Origin: a virus
Reading direction: 5' to 3' (one strand)
IMG/VR virus record: IMGVR_UViG_3300016644_000052
Location: 1-64,000 of that record
Length of the DNA: 64,000 nucleotides
Part shown: piece by piece, positions 9,376 to 18,903 of the stretch
Position numbering within the stretch: the stretch's first letter is position 1
Layout: every line of letters begins with the position of its first letter
Notes under the pieces: model-generated
Told to the model about the DNA's origin: nothing
What the model saw: only the letters and a program-made list of their open reading frames with translations
Database searches by the model: none
Translations under genes and position numbers: made by a program

Positions 9376-11643
9376 TTAGTAGAAAGCTGGATCCTGATTA
9401 AGATCAGCCATCTGATAATCTAACTCTGCCGGGGCATAACTTGTGTCAATTGGGGCAGGTCCAACATTCGACATGTCGGATTTAGTTCTGCTCAATTCAT
9501 TGAATCCAACGGCAGCTTCTACGTCTGGATCAATTTCGTCGAACTTCTTCGAACGAAGCAGGGCCTTGGTTACTTCAAGATCCTGGTTGCCTTCAGCCTG
9601 GGCACGGTTGCGTTCCATCTCACGCGCATGGGACGTACCGGTTTCCTGCTCGACATAATCGAGATCGGTCTTCTCAGCCTTGGATTGAGCTTCCTTGGCC
9701 TTGGCCTGGTTGAGCGCTACCTTGCTTTCCAGCTCGGCCACTTCAGCTTGAAGCTTGCGCATTTCCAGTTGCTTCACCTGTTCCATCATCGGGTCAGGCT
9801 CAGGCTTGAAGCTGCGGATCTTGCGAGCCAAAGCAGGCATACGCTTAAGCTCAGCGATCTCAGCCAGGATCATCCGGCGCATTTCCGGATCTTCGTTCGG
9901 GCCAATCGTCTGAAGCATGAAGGCCAAGTCTTGCGACTTGGCATTGTCGACTTCAGCCGTCGAGATATCGACTTCCAGGTCAAACTCGCCAGCCAGGTCT
10001 TCGCGGTTGACGGTGACAAACTCTTCGTTGGTCAGGCGAACCACTTCCTGTTCGGACAGGAACTCCTGGTTCATAGCGATGATCTTGCGGCCAACCTCGC
10101 TCATGCCTTTGGCCAGACGGCGCAGGATTGCCATTTCCCGCTTCGAGGCAGCATCCAGCACACCGCGAATACCGGCAGCCACATCGCCATAAGCTTCGCC
10201 CGACATACCGCCTGCAAAGCTCTTGACCCCGGTCAGGGCTTCGGCTTCCTGGTTCTGAAGATTGAGCATCAGCAGGGCTGACTGCGGAATCTCCGGATAC
10301 TTGTGTTCAATCAGGCCGGCCTGAGGCGGCATGTTGGGATTGAACTCGTAATCCTGCCCATTCTCGTATCGGCGCCGGTTGAGAGGATCAAGCATCCCCT
10401 TGGCAAAGCCCTGCTGACCATTGGCAGAGCGGCCCAGAAGATCGACCAGTCCACGGCTGACAGCACCCAGGATTGCCTGGTTGTCTTCCAGCAGCTCGGC
10501 ATCCGGCTCACCGTACAGCTCCCGCTTGACCGGAAGATAGGGAACCACAACAAACGGCAGCTTCTGATCGGGGAACGGGTTCAGCTCCATCCGGATCATC
10601 ACATCGCCAATCCAAGTGGCGACGATCGGAACCAGAACGCCATCACCCTTGATGTCGTAAAAGCCCCAGTATTCGTAGGCGACCACCTTTTTGCGGGTAG
10701 CATCGTGGTGGTTGAACGTGTCCGGAGTCCGGCTCTCGTGATCGGTCTGAGTCAGCGGCGTGTTCGCTTCCCAGTTGATCTTGTCGAGATTCTTGTAGCG
10801 CTTGCCCTCCTTCAGTAGCTCAGCCTTGTTGGTCTCGAACGAAACAGCAACAAACAGCGCCTTGTCGATATCACCTTCACAGGACGGATCGATGATCACG
10901 TTCTGCGGATTCATCACCTCAACCGTAGGACGGTTCTCGATGATCTTCTCGATCTCGACTTCTTCCTCGCCGGTCTGCTCGGCGTAGGTAGGCTGGCCAG
11001 TTTCCTTGTAGAGCTTGACCGCTTCAATCACTTCAGGCGTCATCGACAGCTCGAAGTTACGCGGATCTTCCTCGCTCAGAGCCAGAGCTTGCTGGAATGC
11101 CTGGGCTTGCTCCTCGGTTTCCAGCGCATAGTGCGTGTAAACCGGAACCTTTTCCTTGACCTTGACGGTAGCCCGCTTCCAGCCAAGCCGAAGGATCGAA
11201 GTGCCCTCATCCACCGTCGAACGGACGTAGTCGTCGATCAGCTTGACCCGGTTGAGCTTGGTGCGGAACTGCCAGTTCAGGACCAGCTCGTTCTGCCGGG
11301 CAGCTTCGGGATCTTCGAAGCTGGTGGGCGAAACCTTGAAGATCTTGTTCGATCCGAGGAACGGTTCGGTCAGCGCCGAGTAGCGCCATTCTGCCTGACG
11401 GCGGATCAGCTTGGGCTGGACCCCGGAACGGTTCTTGACCCGCTTGGGCCGCACCGAACCACGCACATGCAATAGATCGGACCACTTCTTGATCTTGGTG
11501 ATCTGCTCGTCATGCGAAGTCTTCGCATTCTCCAGGTCGAGCTTCAGCTGCCGAACACTGGGTTCGTTCTGCCAGTCCGTCAGTTGAGGACCAATCTCAC
11601 CATTACGGGCAATCTCAACCATATTCTCGGCCTGTTCAAACAA
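9376..11643 (-). CDS. portal protein (N4 gp59-like)
   Basis: 755-aa ORF upstream of the scaffold and capsid genes, with the size typical of N4-like portals. Confidence 0.8.
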   Translation of the reverse strand: MFEQAENMVEIARNGEIGPQLTDWQNEPSVRQLKLDLENAKTSHDEQITKIKKWSDLLHVRGSVRPKRVKNRSGVQPKLIRRQAEWRYSALTEPFLGSNKIFKVSPTSFEDPEAARQNELVLNWQFRTKLNRVKLIDDYVRSTVDEGTSILRLGWKRATVKVKEKVPVYTHYALETEEQAQAFQQALALSEEDPRNFELSMTPEVIEAVKLYKETGQPTYAEQTGEEEVEIEKIIENRPTVEVMNPQNVIIDPSCEGDIDKALFVAVSFETNKAELLKEGKRYKNLDKINWEANTPLTQTDHESRTPDTFNHHDATRKKVVAYEYWGFYDIKGDGVLVPIVATWIGDVMIRMELNPFPDQKLPFVVVPYLPVKRELYGEPDAELLEDNQAILGAVSRGLVDLLGRSANGQQGFAKGMLDPLNRRRYENGQDYEFNPNMPPQAGLIEHKYPEIPQSALLMLNLQNQEAEALTGVKSFAGGMSGEAYGDVAAGIRGVLDAASKREMAILRRLAKGMSEVGRKIIAMNQEFLSEQEVVRLTNEEFVTVNREDLAGEFDLEVDISTAEVDNAKSQDLAFMLQTIGPNEDPEMRRMILAEIAELKRMPALARKIRSFKPEPDPMMEQVKQLEMRKLQAEVAELESKVALNQAKAKEAQSKAEKTDLDYVEQETGTSHAREMERNRAQAEGNQDLEVTKALLRSKKFDEIDPDVEAAVGFNELSRTKSDMSNVGPAPIDTSYAPAELDYQMADLNQDPAFY

Positions 11644-11752
11644 GAGGGGTGCTTAGACTTTTCGACTATCTATCAGAATTCTGGGTCTGGACTGGAACCA
11701 AACAAGACTATTCCACGAACAGCACAGCAACACTGCCAGTGTGTTCAGCAAC

Positions 11753-12316
11753 TCACGGAGCATGCTTGGTGTCCGGTACGGCCAGCCCTGCGTTGACCAG
11801 CTGGATCAGGAAGTCGGCAGCTTCGTCACCTTGCACCGCAGCTTTGGCGAGGCGGCCAAGGTCATATTCCGAGACGGCAACCAGTCCGGTAGGCTGGGTT
11901 TCACCAGCAGATGCTGGGGCACTACCAGACACGGCGGCAGCACTGGCTCTGACGGGGCAACGGTGATTGTCCGGGCGCACCCGGTTAGCAGCAATGTAGG
12001 CAGCAACAGCCCCATCAACCGCAGCGGCATTGGCTTCGTGGTGAAGAGTGACATCGTCAGCAATCCTTTGGCTCAGCAGAGCATTCTCGGAGTTGAGCCG
12101 TTCCTGTTTGAGAGTGGCTTCCTTGCTGGCCAGTTCCATCTTGGCGATGGTCTGCTCAGCCTTAGTGAGCTTGTCCTGGACTCCATCGAACCAGAGGAAT
12201 CCATGCAGCGTGATCCACAGCCAGGCCACAGTAACCAGAAGCGGCAGACCCAGGATCAGCAGCAAGCTGTCCTTGATCCAGCGGATAGTGTCATCGAGGC
12301 GTTGAAACAGGTTCAT
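11753..12316 (-). CDS. i-spanin (Rz-like)
   Basis: Uses the internal ATG at 12316, which overlaps the holin stop as ATGA. One N-terminal TM (SLLLILGLPLLVTVAWLWITL) followed by a coiled-coil periplasmic part. The track's upstream extension to 12640 was rejected. Confidence 0.65.
   Translation of the reverse strand: MNLFQRLDDTIRWIKDSLLLILGLPLLVTVAWLWITLHGFLWFDGVQDKLTKAEQTIAKMELASKEATLKQERLNSENALLSQRIADDVTLHHEANAAAVDGAVAAYIAANRVRPDNHRCPVRASAAAVSGSAPASAGETQPTGLVAVSEYDLGRLAKAAVQGDEAADFLIQLVNAGLAVPDTKHAP
11806..12030 (-). CDS. o-spanin (Rz1-like lipoprotein), embedded in the i-spanin gene
   Basis: Lies in an alternative frame wholly inside 11753-12316. MPLRLMGLLLPTLLLTGC carries a lipobox, and the mature part is Pro-rich (SEPVLPPCLVVP). 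The exact start (12063, 12030 or 12015) is uncertain. Confidence 0.65.
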   Translation of the reverse strand: MPLRLMGLLLPTLLLTGCARTITVAPSEPVLPPCLVVPQHLLVKPSLPDWLPSRNMTLAASPKLRCKVTKLPTS

Positions 12317-12552
12317 GACTCTACCGTTCCATTGGCTTTGCCCCATTCCCGCACGGCAAAGGCAGCAGTGGCTGCCGTGACGTAGGCTGCTGCCGCAGTC
12401 ATGTCGGGGACTTCCCAGTTTACGATCGGGATGATCATCAGGTTGACGACTGCGCCACCAGCAATCCCGATGCAGGTGACAGGCCGCCACCACTTGCGGA
12501 CAAAGCACAAGACAACGTCCTGGCTGCGGAGGATGGCCGACTTCAGGCTCAC
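12313..12552 (-). CDS. holin candidate
   Basis: 79 aa with two hydrophobic helices (CIGIAGGAVVNLMIIPIV; AAAAYVTAATAAFAV). Has 4-nt overlaps with the endolysin stop and the spanin start. Confidence 0.55.
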   Translation of the reverse strand: MSLKSAILRSQDVVLCFVRKWWRPVTCIGIAGGAVVNLMIIPIVNWEVPDMTAAAAYVTAATAAFAVREWGKANGTVES

Positions 12553-13019
12553 TTACCGCTCCGATAGAGAGCAGCTTCAACCTGACGGCGGCGAACCAGA
12601 CCAGGAAGACGCCTTCCGCCAGCATTGACCCATTTACCAAACTCGGTTGCAGCTTCGCTGAACTTGCCTGCCTTGTGCAGCTTGGTCAGTGTCGCCTTGG
12701 AGATTGCACCCGTGTTGTAGTGAAACGAGACCAGCGCATCGAACTGGTTTTGCGTGACCTTGGCCCCACCCAGTGCAGCGTTTACTTCAGCGACAAAACG
12801 CTGGATGTGCTTGCTGAACCGGGCATCACATTCTGCTTGGGTCCAGATAACACCCGGACGAATGTCCGGACCAGTCGATCCCCAGCCAATCGTCCACGGA
12901 TCACCACCAGTACCGGGATCGGGGTAGGCTTCAAACTTGCCGTCAGCCCGCTTCTTCGCGCAGCCTTCGAACTGCTTGATCATCGCCTCACCCTTGGGGC
13001 TTAGCTTCATCGCCGTCAT
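12549..13019 (-). CDS. endolysin, GH24 T4-lysozyme-like muramidase
   Basis: IKQFEGCAKKRADGKFEAYPDPGTGGDPWTIGWGST fits the Glu-Asp-Thr lysozyme signature. NQFDALVSFHYNTG is also typical of the family. Confidence 0.85.
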   Translation of the reverse strand: MTAMKLSPKGEAMIKQFEGCAKKRADGKFEAYPDPGTGGDPWTIGWGSTGPDIRPGVIWTQAECDARFSKHIQRFVAEVNAALGGAKVTQNQFDALVSFHYNTGAISKATLTKLHKAGKFSEAATEFGKWVNAGGRRLPGLVRRRQVEAALYRSGK

Positions 13020-13375
13020 GCCGGTTCTCCTGCACGCTTACGGATCAGCAGCTCCAGACGAGCCAGGGCATTCCAGGCAGCATGAGCTGCATGGAGCAGG
13101 TTGCTGTCAGCATCGAAATCACCTTCGATCACTTCCTTGACAATGTGCCGGGCAAGGGCGTCACCGTAGCGGTTGATCCCGTCGGGCACGGATTCCCAGC
13201 CATGCCAGGTGTACTTCCTGGCTCCGAACGAGCTGACTTCAGCGACAGCCGAGACAGCATTGGGAAAATAGCGCAGCACGCCCCGCATGATCTCAGCCTT
13301 GCCGGCATCGAGCTTGGCGCCGGGGGAGTGGGCATCGACCCCGTTGGGATCGAGTTCGAGCTTGGTCAGGCTCAT
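13016..13375 (-). CDS. DUF5664-type (dATP/dGTP diphosphohydrolase N-terminal-like) protein
   Basis: ATG at 13375 overlaps the upstream stop as ATGA. KLDAGKAEIMRGVL..P.AVSAVAEVSSFGARKY..W..YGDALARH matches my memory of this family. The track start at 13495 was rejected. Confidence 0.55.
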   Translation of the reverse strand: MSLTKLELDPNGVDAHSPGAKLDAGKAEIMRGVLRYFPNAVSAVAEVSSFGARKYTWHGWESVPDGINRYGDALARHIVKEVIEGDFDADSNLLHAAHAAWNALARLELLIRKRAGEPA

Positions 13376-14553
13376 TTCTTCAGTTCCTTGAGTACCAACG
13401 AACCACACCGGATCCGGTCGACTTCGCCCAGAGTCCGATCGTAGATGATCGCTTTCATGTCCTTGTAAGAGCGGTAGCCTTCGTGGCGGTGCCACGAGTC
13501 ATTGGCAGCCAAGGTCCGGTGAGTTTCTACCCGGCAGCCGATGTAATCCTTGACCTGATCGTGGTGAAAATGACCGCAGTGCCAGACCCGTTCTTCGGCA
13601 TCGGCCCAGTCCTGTTTGGCATCGGTAGCCATGATCATAGGCAGATCAGCCAGCTTGGCTCCGTCACCGTGGGTCGAACCAATCAGCGTCACCCCGAAGC
13701 GGTGATAGTAGAAGCTGCTTGGCTCCAGCTCGACCTGAACCCGAGGTTCATTCGAGAACATTCCGCTAAGAGCCAAGGACAGCATGAATGCCTGATGCGG
13801 ATCGTGATTGCCCCTGTTGTTCCGGATAATCACCTTCTCGTGCTTTTCCAGCAGCCGGCGAATACAGCGAACCATGGCCCGGAAGCCAACCTCGGCAATC
13901 AGCGGAAAGCGGCCATCGACATCGAGCGCATTGCCGCTCTGCGGCGTGCGGTTGCTGGAATTATCAGCATGGAAGAAGTCACCGAGGTTGAGCAGCAGGG
14001 CGACCTTGCTCGACGGTGTCCTGGACGAAAGCCAATCTACCGCAGCAAAGGTCACTTCTTCGGCAATCTTGAGATTGAAGTCTTCACCAACTTCGCGTGC
14101 CCAGGCCAGCATCCCAAAGTGGGGATCACCCATGGGAACCACTGTCAGCAGGTCTGCATCATGCTGCTTGGGTGCAGCCACCGGGGGCATGACCCCACGA
14201 GCATCTTCAATGATAGCATTGATCGACGAGGTCAGGATCTCCAGTGACCTGGCTTCATCCGGTGACTGGCGTTCCCAGGTCCGTTCGACCATGCCGTCAG
14301 CACCACGCTGGATGGTCACCTTGCCCATCAGAAAGCCTGGGGCCGTACCGCTTTCGAAGTGTCCGGGAGCTATACCGCTGAGAGCAGCCTTGGCTCTGAG
14401 CGAGCGGACTGCCTTGGAGAGCACATCATTGCCCAGGCCCAAGGCCTTGTTGGCTGCATGTTCGGAGCCATGCTCACGAACGGCATCGAGGTATTCGATC
14501 TGGCGCTTGGTCGCAAACGGGTACAGGGCAGTGTACTTGTCGTGAATGGTCAT
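13372..14553 (-). CDS. calcineurin-like metallophosphoesterase with an N-terminal HTH-like region
   Basis: Motifs GDPHFG, NLGDFFHADN, GNHD and GHFHHD appear in the canonical order. Confidence 0.75.
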   Translation of the reverse strand: MTIHDKYTALYPFATKRQIEYLDAVREHGSEHAANKALGLGNDVLSKAVRSLRAKAALSGIAPGHFESGTAPGFLMGKVTIQRGADGMVERTWERQSPDEARSLEILTSSINAIIEDARGVMPPVAAPKQHDADLLTVVPMGDPHFGMLAWAREVGEDFNLKIAEEVTFAAVDWLSSRTPSSKVALLLNLGDFFHADNSSNRTPQSGNALDVDGRFPLIAEVGFRAMVRCIRRLLEKHEKVIIRNNRGNHDPHQAFMLSLALSGMFSNEPRVQVELEPSSFYYHRFGVTLIGSTHGDGAKLADLPMIMATDAKQDWADAEERVWHCGHFHHDQVKDYIGCRVETHRTLAANDSWHRHEGYRSYKDMKAIIYDRTLGEVDRIRCGSLVLKELKK

Positions 14554-14563
14554 GTCTGGGCCT

Positions 14564-14848
14564 TCACTTGGTCACAAGAGCGAGGGCTGCCGCTTTGATG
14601 ACGATGTATCCGGCGACGATCCCGGTCAGGATTCCGCTCGCCCACTTGATGAACTTGCCCATCAGCTTGACTGCGCCCCAGGCGGCGACGATGTCTTTGG
14701 TCTCGGCAACGTCAGACTTCATGGTGGCGACATCGCCTTGAAGCCCTCCGATCGCGGTCCGCATCTCATCCATGAAATGCGACATCTTTTCTTCCATGCG
14801 ATCCATGCGCTGGGCGATGTCCAAATGAGTGGGACGTGTCTGGCTCAT
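14564..14848 (-). CDS. small membrane protein with a C-terminal TM
   Basis: ATG at 14848. Coiled-coil N-terminal part, then GILTGIVAGYIVIKAAALALV. Confidence 0.45.
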   Translation of the reverse strand: MSQTRPTHLDIAQRMDRMEEKMSHFMDEMRTAIGGLQGDVATMKSDVAETKDIVAAWGAVKLMGKFIKWASGILTGIVAGYIVIKAAALALVTK

Positions 14849-15067
14849 GGCGTCAGCCCTGAACAAAAGAATTAAGTCCGGAGATTATCTCTGCCGGACC
14901 TAATACTTTGTTGGAATAGAGTGGAGATGAGCGCACGGCATACGACCCCTTCAGCAAATTGAGGAGACGCTACCATAAGGTGCGCTGTGCTTTCGCTGCT
15001 ATAAAGCTCGATTCAATTAGTCTAAGCCAAGAATTATGTCGAAAGACTTGATTGAGTGCTGTGTGTT

Positions 15068-15529
15068 TTAGTTTGTAGGTTTGTCTGGCCAGACAATATT
15101 AAATGGATCTGTTTGATCTGTTATGTCGCGCAATGCTTGGCGGTAAGTTGCCCAGGTTTGTGCCTGAATGTTAGACACCGGCGCATCGGCCAGCTGCGTC
15201 CAATCACTTTCAGCCAGCTTAGCGTTGCGTTCACTGCGGACGTTGGCCCACTGATCGGCTTCGATCTGCGCGATTTCTTCTGCCGTGCGGTCAGTGACGA
15301 TCCACGCCTGAACCCACCCGCCGTTGACTAACTGCGGATCGGCTTCGGTTACGGCCTGCGTATAATCGACCGCAGGGATGTCAGTGCGCGTGACAGGGAA
15401 CACGCCATACTCAGCAAGCAGCGCGTTGGTCGGCTGGGCCGGGAAGCTGGTCTGGGGATTGTCTCTCCGCAAGTCACCGATTGAGTAAGGGTATTTCTCG
15501 ATGACTGCGTTGGGTGCGAGAACGTACAT
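15068..15529 (-). CDS. tail fibre assembly/chaperone-like protein (DUF4376-like)
   Basis: The C-terminal part (WANVRSERNAKLAESDWTQLADAP...W..YRQALRDI) resembles the tail assembly chaperone repeat. Lies downstream of the fibre genes. Confidence 0.55.
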   Translation of the reverse strand: MYVLAPNAVIEKYPYSIGDLRRDNPQTSFPAQPTNALLAEYGVFPVTRTDIPAVDYTQAVTEADPQLVNGGWVQAWIVTDRTAEEIAQIEADQWANVRSERNAKLAESDWTQLADAPVSNIQAQTWATYRQALRDITDQTDPFNIVWPDKPTN

Positions 15530-15535
15530 GGTGGG

Positions 15536-15769
15536 TTACTCCACTTGGGACTTGATAACGTCCAGCATCACTTGTGCTTTGCGCTGCTCAAACAGAGAAG
15601 ATGCCAGCAGCCCTTCCAGCTGGGCTTTGAACTCCTGCAATTCCGCATCATCGCCAATGCGCTCAATGGCAAGGCGGAAATTGTCGATGTTGACCTGATA
15701 CTCCGTCACCTCTTTGATGCGAGCATCAAGGGCAGAAGTCAGTATTTCATTGCGGTATTCGTTGTTCAT
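15536..15769 (-). CDS. hypothetical small coiled-coil protein
   Basis: 77-aa track ORF, directly abutting the propeller gene. Confidence 0.4.
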   Translation of the reverse strand: MNNEYRNEILTSALDARIKEVTEYQVNIDNFRLAIERIGDDAELQEFKAQLEGLLASSLFEQRKAQVMLDVIKSQVE

Positions 15770-16804
15770 TTAAATTTCTCCGAAGGCTACACCGTAGCCA
15801 GTGCCAGTAGGCAACGTAGCGGGGTTGGCGTACTTGGCGCCGAAGCCTGTGGATGAGGACCACGGATAAGCGGTAATGTAGGGGGAGCCGTTATGCGCGA
15901 CGGCGATTGCGTCACCGGAGGGAGAGAATGCTACGCTGTAGCTCGTGAGGGTAGGTAACGTAGCCGGATTGGAATACTTAGTCCCGAAGCCAGAACTGCT
16001 CCACGGATAGGCAGTGATGTAGGGGCTGGTGGCATGGGCGACTGCGATTGCGTCACCGGAGGGAGAGAACGCTACACCAAAGCCAGTTCCGGTAGGTAAC
16101 GTAGCCGGATTGGAATACTTAGCCCCAAACCCAGAACTGCTCCAAGGGTAGGCTATGATATAAGGACTGGCATTATTAACAACTGCAATCGCATTACCAG
16201 ATGGTGAGAACGCTACGCTGTAGCTCGTGCCGGTTAGCGCCACACCCGGATTGGAATACTTAGTCCCAAATCCAGAGCTGCTCCAAGGGTAGGCGGTGAT
16301 ATAGGGACTAGTGGTATGGGCAACTGCGATAGCATCACCAGAAGGTGAGAAGGCTACGCCGTTACCAGTTCCGGTAGGCAAGGTGGCTGGGTTAGTGAAC
16401 TTAGTCCCAAACCCAGAACCGCTCCAAGGGTATGCAGTGATGTAGGGGCTGACGCTATGAGCGACTGCAATGGCGCTTCCAGAAGGCGAGAAGGCTATGC
16501 CGCGACCAGTTCCGGTAGGCAGCGTGCCGGGATTAGCATACTTAGTCCCGAACCCAGAACTGCTCCACGGATAGGCGGTGATATAAGGAGATCCGTTGGA
16601 AGCCACTGAAATTGCATCGCCGGATGGCGTGAAGGCCGCGCTATACGCTGTATCACCCGCAGGTAAGGTGCTGGGATCGCTGAACTTGGTTCCAAATCCA
16701 GAGCTGCTCCACGGGTAGGCGATGATGATACCATCGCTGTGTCCTACCGCAATAAACTGCTTCTTAGCAGCAGCAGTCCCACCAATAGCCTTCTGCCACA
16801 ACAT
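15770..16804 (-). CDS. seven-blade beta-propeller repeat protein, probable distal tail/receptor-binding component
   Basis: Seven copies of a roughly 43-aa unit (FSPSGDAIAVAH..SPYITAYPWSSSGFGTKYSNPATLPTGTG.GVA), similar to the TolB-type PD40 motif. Its start overlaps the tail fibre stop. Confidence 0.7.
   Translation of the reverse strand: MLWQKAIGGTAAAKKQFIAVGHSDGIIIAYPWSSSGFGTKFSDPSTLPAGDTAYSAAFTPSGDAISVASNGSPYITAYPWSSSGFGTKYANPGTLPTGTGRGIAFSPSGSAIAVAHSVSPYITAYPWSGSGFGTKFTNPATLPTGTGNGVAFSPSGDAIAVAHTTSPYITAYPWSSSGFGTKYSNPGVALTGTSYSVAFSPSGNAIAVVNNASPYIIAYPWSSSGFGAKYSNPATLPTGTGFGVAFSPSGDAIAVAHATSPYITAYPWSSSGFGTKYSNPATLPTLTSYSVAFSPSGDAIAVAHNGSPYITAYPWSSSTGFGAKYANPATLPTGTGYGVAFGEI
15800..16700. 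repeat. tandem 129-bp coding repeats (7 units)
   Basis: Long near-identical DNA stretches recur with a 129-bp period, for example gtaggtaacgtagccggattggaatacttag at about 15953 and 16093. Confidence 0.8.
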
Positions 16805-18903
16805 TAAACATCACCCACGCGAGCGCCGTAGATCGTCGTGCCGACCTTCCAAAGCGTGATGACAGTGTAGCCAGTAGTGGCCAGTGTCGGGGCCGTGCCG
16901 CCGTTCGTCTCCCAGACAACGCCGAGGGTCGTCCAAGTGATCGAGTACGCCGTGCCGTCATCGACCATCAGTGTGATCGACTGACCCGAAGCCCAATTGG
17001 CTTGTCCCGGTGTGCGGCTTGCCCCCAGCGTCCAGGTCTGGATCGAACCGTTGTTGGGATCGAGGTTGACGGTGGCACCGTCAGTGATGGCGAACACCTC
17101 TTCGGTGTAGCCGTCGTTCAGCACCGGCTTTGACAGCGTCTTGTTGGTCAACGTTTGTGCATCGGTAGTGCCTACCGCATCACCGGTTGGCGCAATCTTG
17201 CCTGCCCAATTGACCAGATCTGGGTCATAGGCCTGGACAGTTACGCCAATGGCGCCACTAGAAAGATAGCCGGCAGAAGCGTGATTGCCCCAACCGTGGG
17301 CTGCGTCCCAGTTGCTGATCTTGGCTGTGGTTACCCCAGCAGCAGCCGAAGCTGCAAACACCGGGTCTGTCTCAGTATAATTAGTCAGGTATCCAGCGGA
17401 GGCATGGTTACCCCAGCTGTAAGCGGTATCCCAATTGCTTACATTACCGGCAGTAATTGCGCCTGCCGGGCTGGCAGCAAACACCGGATCTGTTTCTGTA
17501 AAACTGGTAAGATAACCTGCATCATTAACAAATGCAGAAACGCTAGTCGGCTTGCCGGTCAAATTGGCCCAGGTAAAGTTGACCGTAGTAATGTAAGAAC
17601 CAACCGGCTGCTTACCATCGAGTGCGGTCTGGAGACCGGTAATGGCAGAGATAGCGTGCTCATGCTCGATTGGAGCATAGAGACTGCCACCACCGCTATC
17701 TGCCGTCACATATGCCGCAACCCAGGTGTTGTTGGTGGTGCGGATCCGCATCTCATTCGAAGTTGAGTTGAAATACAGCGCTCCAGGAATGAGAGCATTA
17801 CCGTCATTGTCCAGCGTTGGGTTGCTCGACTTTGCGCCGAGGTAGCGCTTACCAAAGTCAGCAAAGGTAGTGACTGCTGCATCACGGGCCGCTTCAGACG
17901 CAGCTTTAGCAGTCTCAGCGTTGCTGGCACTGGTCGCTGCATTGCTGGCGCTTGTTGCAGCTTCAGATGCCCTGGTCGTAGCTGTAGCGGCTTGCTGACT
18001 GGCAGTGGTAGCAGAACCGGCAGCAGAAGTAGCGCTGTTAGCTGCATTGGTCGCACTGGTTCCCGCAGCTGTTGCACTTGCCGAGGCAGCTGTTGCTGAA
18101 TTGCCAGCATTGGTCGCCGAGGTGGCAGCAGCAGACGCCTGGTTGGTTGCGGTGGTTGCAGAAGAAGCCGCAGCAGTCTTGCTGTTATCAGCCGCAGTTG
18201 CACTGCTTGCTGCATTGGTGGCAGAGGCAGCAGCAGCTGTCTTGGAACTGGCTGCGTCATTCTTGCTAGTAAGAGCGGCTGCTGCACTGGCCGCAGCTTC
18301 GTTAGCTTTAGTCGTTGCTGTGGTTGCTGAAGCACTTGCAGCGGTTGCACTGTTAGCAGCCGTGCTAACACTGGAGCCAATGGAGGCGAGGCTATTAGCC
18401 GCAGACGTTGCGGAATTAGCTGCACTGGTTGCACTACTGGCAGCATTGTTAGCCTGGGTAGTTGCTGTGCTTGCTTGAGTGGTGGCGGTTGCTGCCGATT
18501 GGGCAGCAGCAGTCTTACTTGCTTCGATCGCAGCTACGTCAGTATTGATAGAAGCAGCAGCCGCAATTGCTCCGCTTTCTGCGGACTGGGCGGCAATCTT
18601 GCTGGCATTGGCCGCAGTAGCCGCAGCCTCGGCTGCGTTTTTAGCGGTTACCGCAGACTGGGCAGAACTGGTTGCACTGGTCTGAGAAACAATCGCACTT
18701 TGAGCCGCTTCCACAGCATCGTCGCGGGCTGCGACCAGATCGCCGACTGCACCAATTGACTCAAGCTTTTGGGCTACCAGAGCAATCTGAGGCAGGTTGG
18801 CTTCAACCGTCTCGACCACATCGTAGGCCTTGCCCAGTTGGTTCTCAACCGTAGCAGTCTGCGGATTTCCCTTGGGATCGTTGATATTACGGATCATACC
18901 CAA
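16804..18903 (-). CDS. tail fibre protein
   Basis: 699 aa. The N-terminal third is Ala/Ser/Thr-rich quasi-repeat coil (AASSATSAANSATSAA...). The C-terminal part has repeated ETDPVFAAS..W..GNHASAGYL units and a beta-rich distal domain. Confidence 0.7.
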   Translation of the reverse strand: MGMIRNINDPKGNPQTATVENQLGKAYDVVETVEANLPQIALVAQKLESIGAVGDLVAARDDAVEAAQSAIVSQTSATSSAQSAVTAKNAAEAAATAANASKIAAQSAESGAIAAAASINTDVAAIEASKTAAAQSAATATTQASTATTQANNAASSATSAANSATSAANSLASIGSSVSTAANSATAASASATTATTKANEAAASAAAALTSKNDAASSKTAAAASATNAASSATAADNSKTAAASSATTATNQASAAATSATNAGNSATAASASATAAGTSATNAANSATSAAGSATTASQQAATATTRASEAATSASNAATSASNAETAKAASEAARDAAVTTFADFGKRYLGAKSSNPTLDNDGNALIPGALYFNSTSNEMRIRTTNNTWVAAYVTADSGGGSLYAPIEHEHAISAITGLQTALDGKQPVGSYITTVNFTWANLTGKPTSVSAFVNDAGYLTSFTETDPVFAASPAGAITAGNVSNWDTAYSWGNHASAGYLTNYTETDPVFAASAAAGVTTAKISNWDAAHGWGNHASAGYLSSGAIGVTVQAYDPDLVNWAGKIAPTGDAVGTTDAQTLTNKTLSKPVLNDGYTEEVFAITDGATVNLDPNNGSIQTWTLGASRTPGQANWASGQSITLMVDDGTAYSITWTTLGVVWETNGGTAPTLATTGYTVITLWKVGTTIYGARVGDV

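Noticed and set aside
12317-12640. N-terminal extension of track ORF 11753-12640 (295 aa).
   Set aside because: The extension overlaps the holin and endolysin genes in other frames and has a junk-like sequence. The internal ATG at 12316 gives a classical TM plus coiled-coil spanin coupled to the holin stop.
13483-14545. Plus-strand ORFs of 254 and 245 aa.
   Set aside because: They are antisense to the metallophosphoesterase gene, which has all four canonical motifs.
15800-16700. A regular 129-bp periodic repeat that could be mistaken for a CRISPR or satellite array.
   Set aside because: The repeats are contiguous with no unique spacers. They sit in one long ORF that encodes a coherent 43-aa protein repeat.
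17706-18478. Alternative-frame ORFs (246 aa minus strand, 157 aa plus strand) inside the tail fibre gene.
   Set aside because: They are by-products of the GC-rich Ala/Ser/Thr codon repeats. Their products are Leu/Pro/Gln or Ala/Val homopolymer-like.
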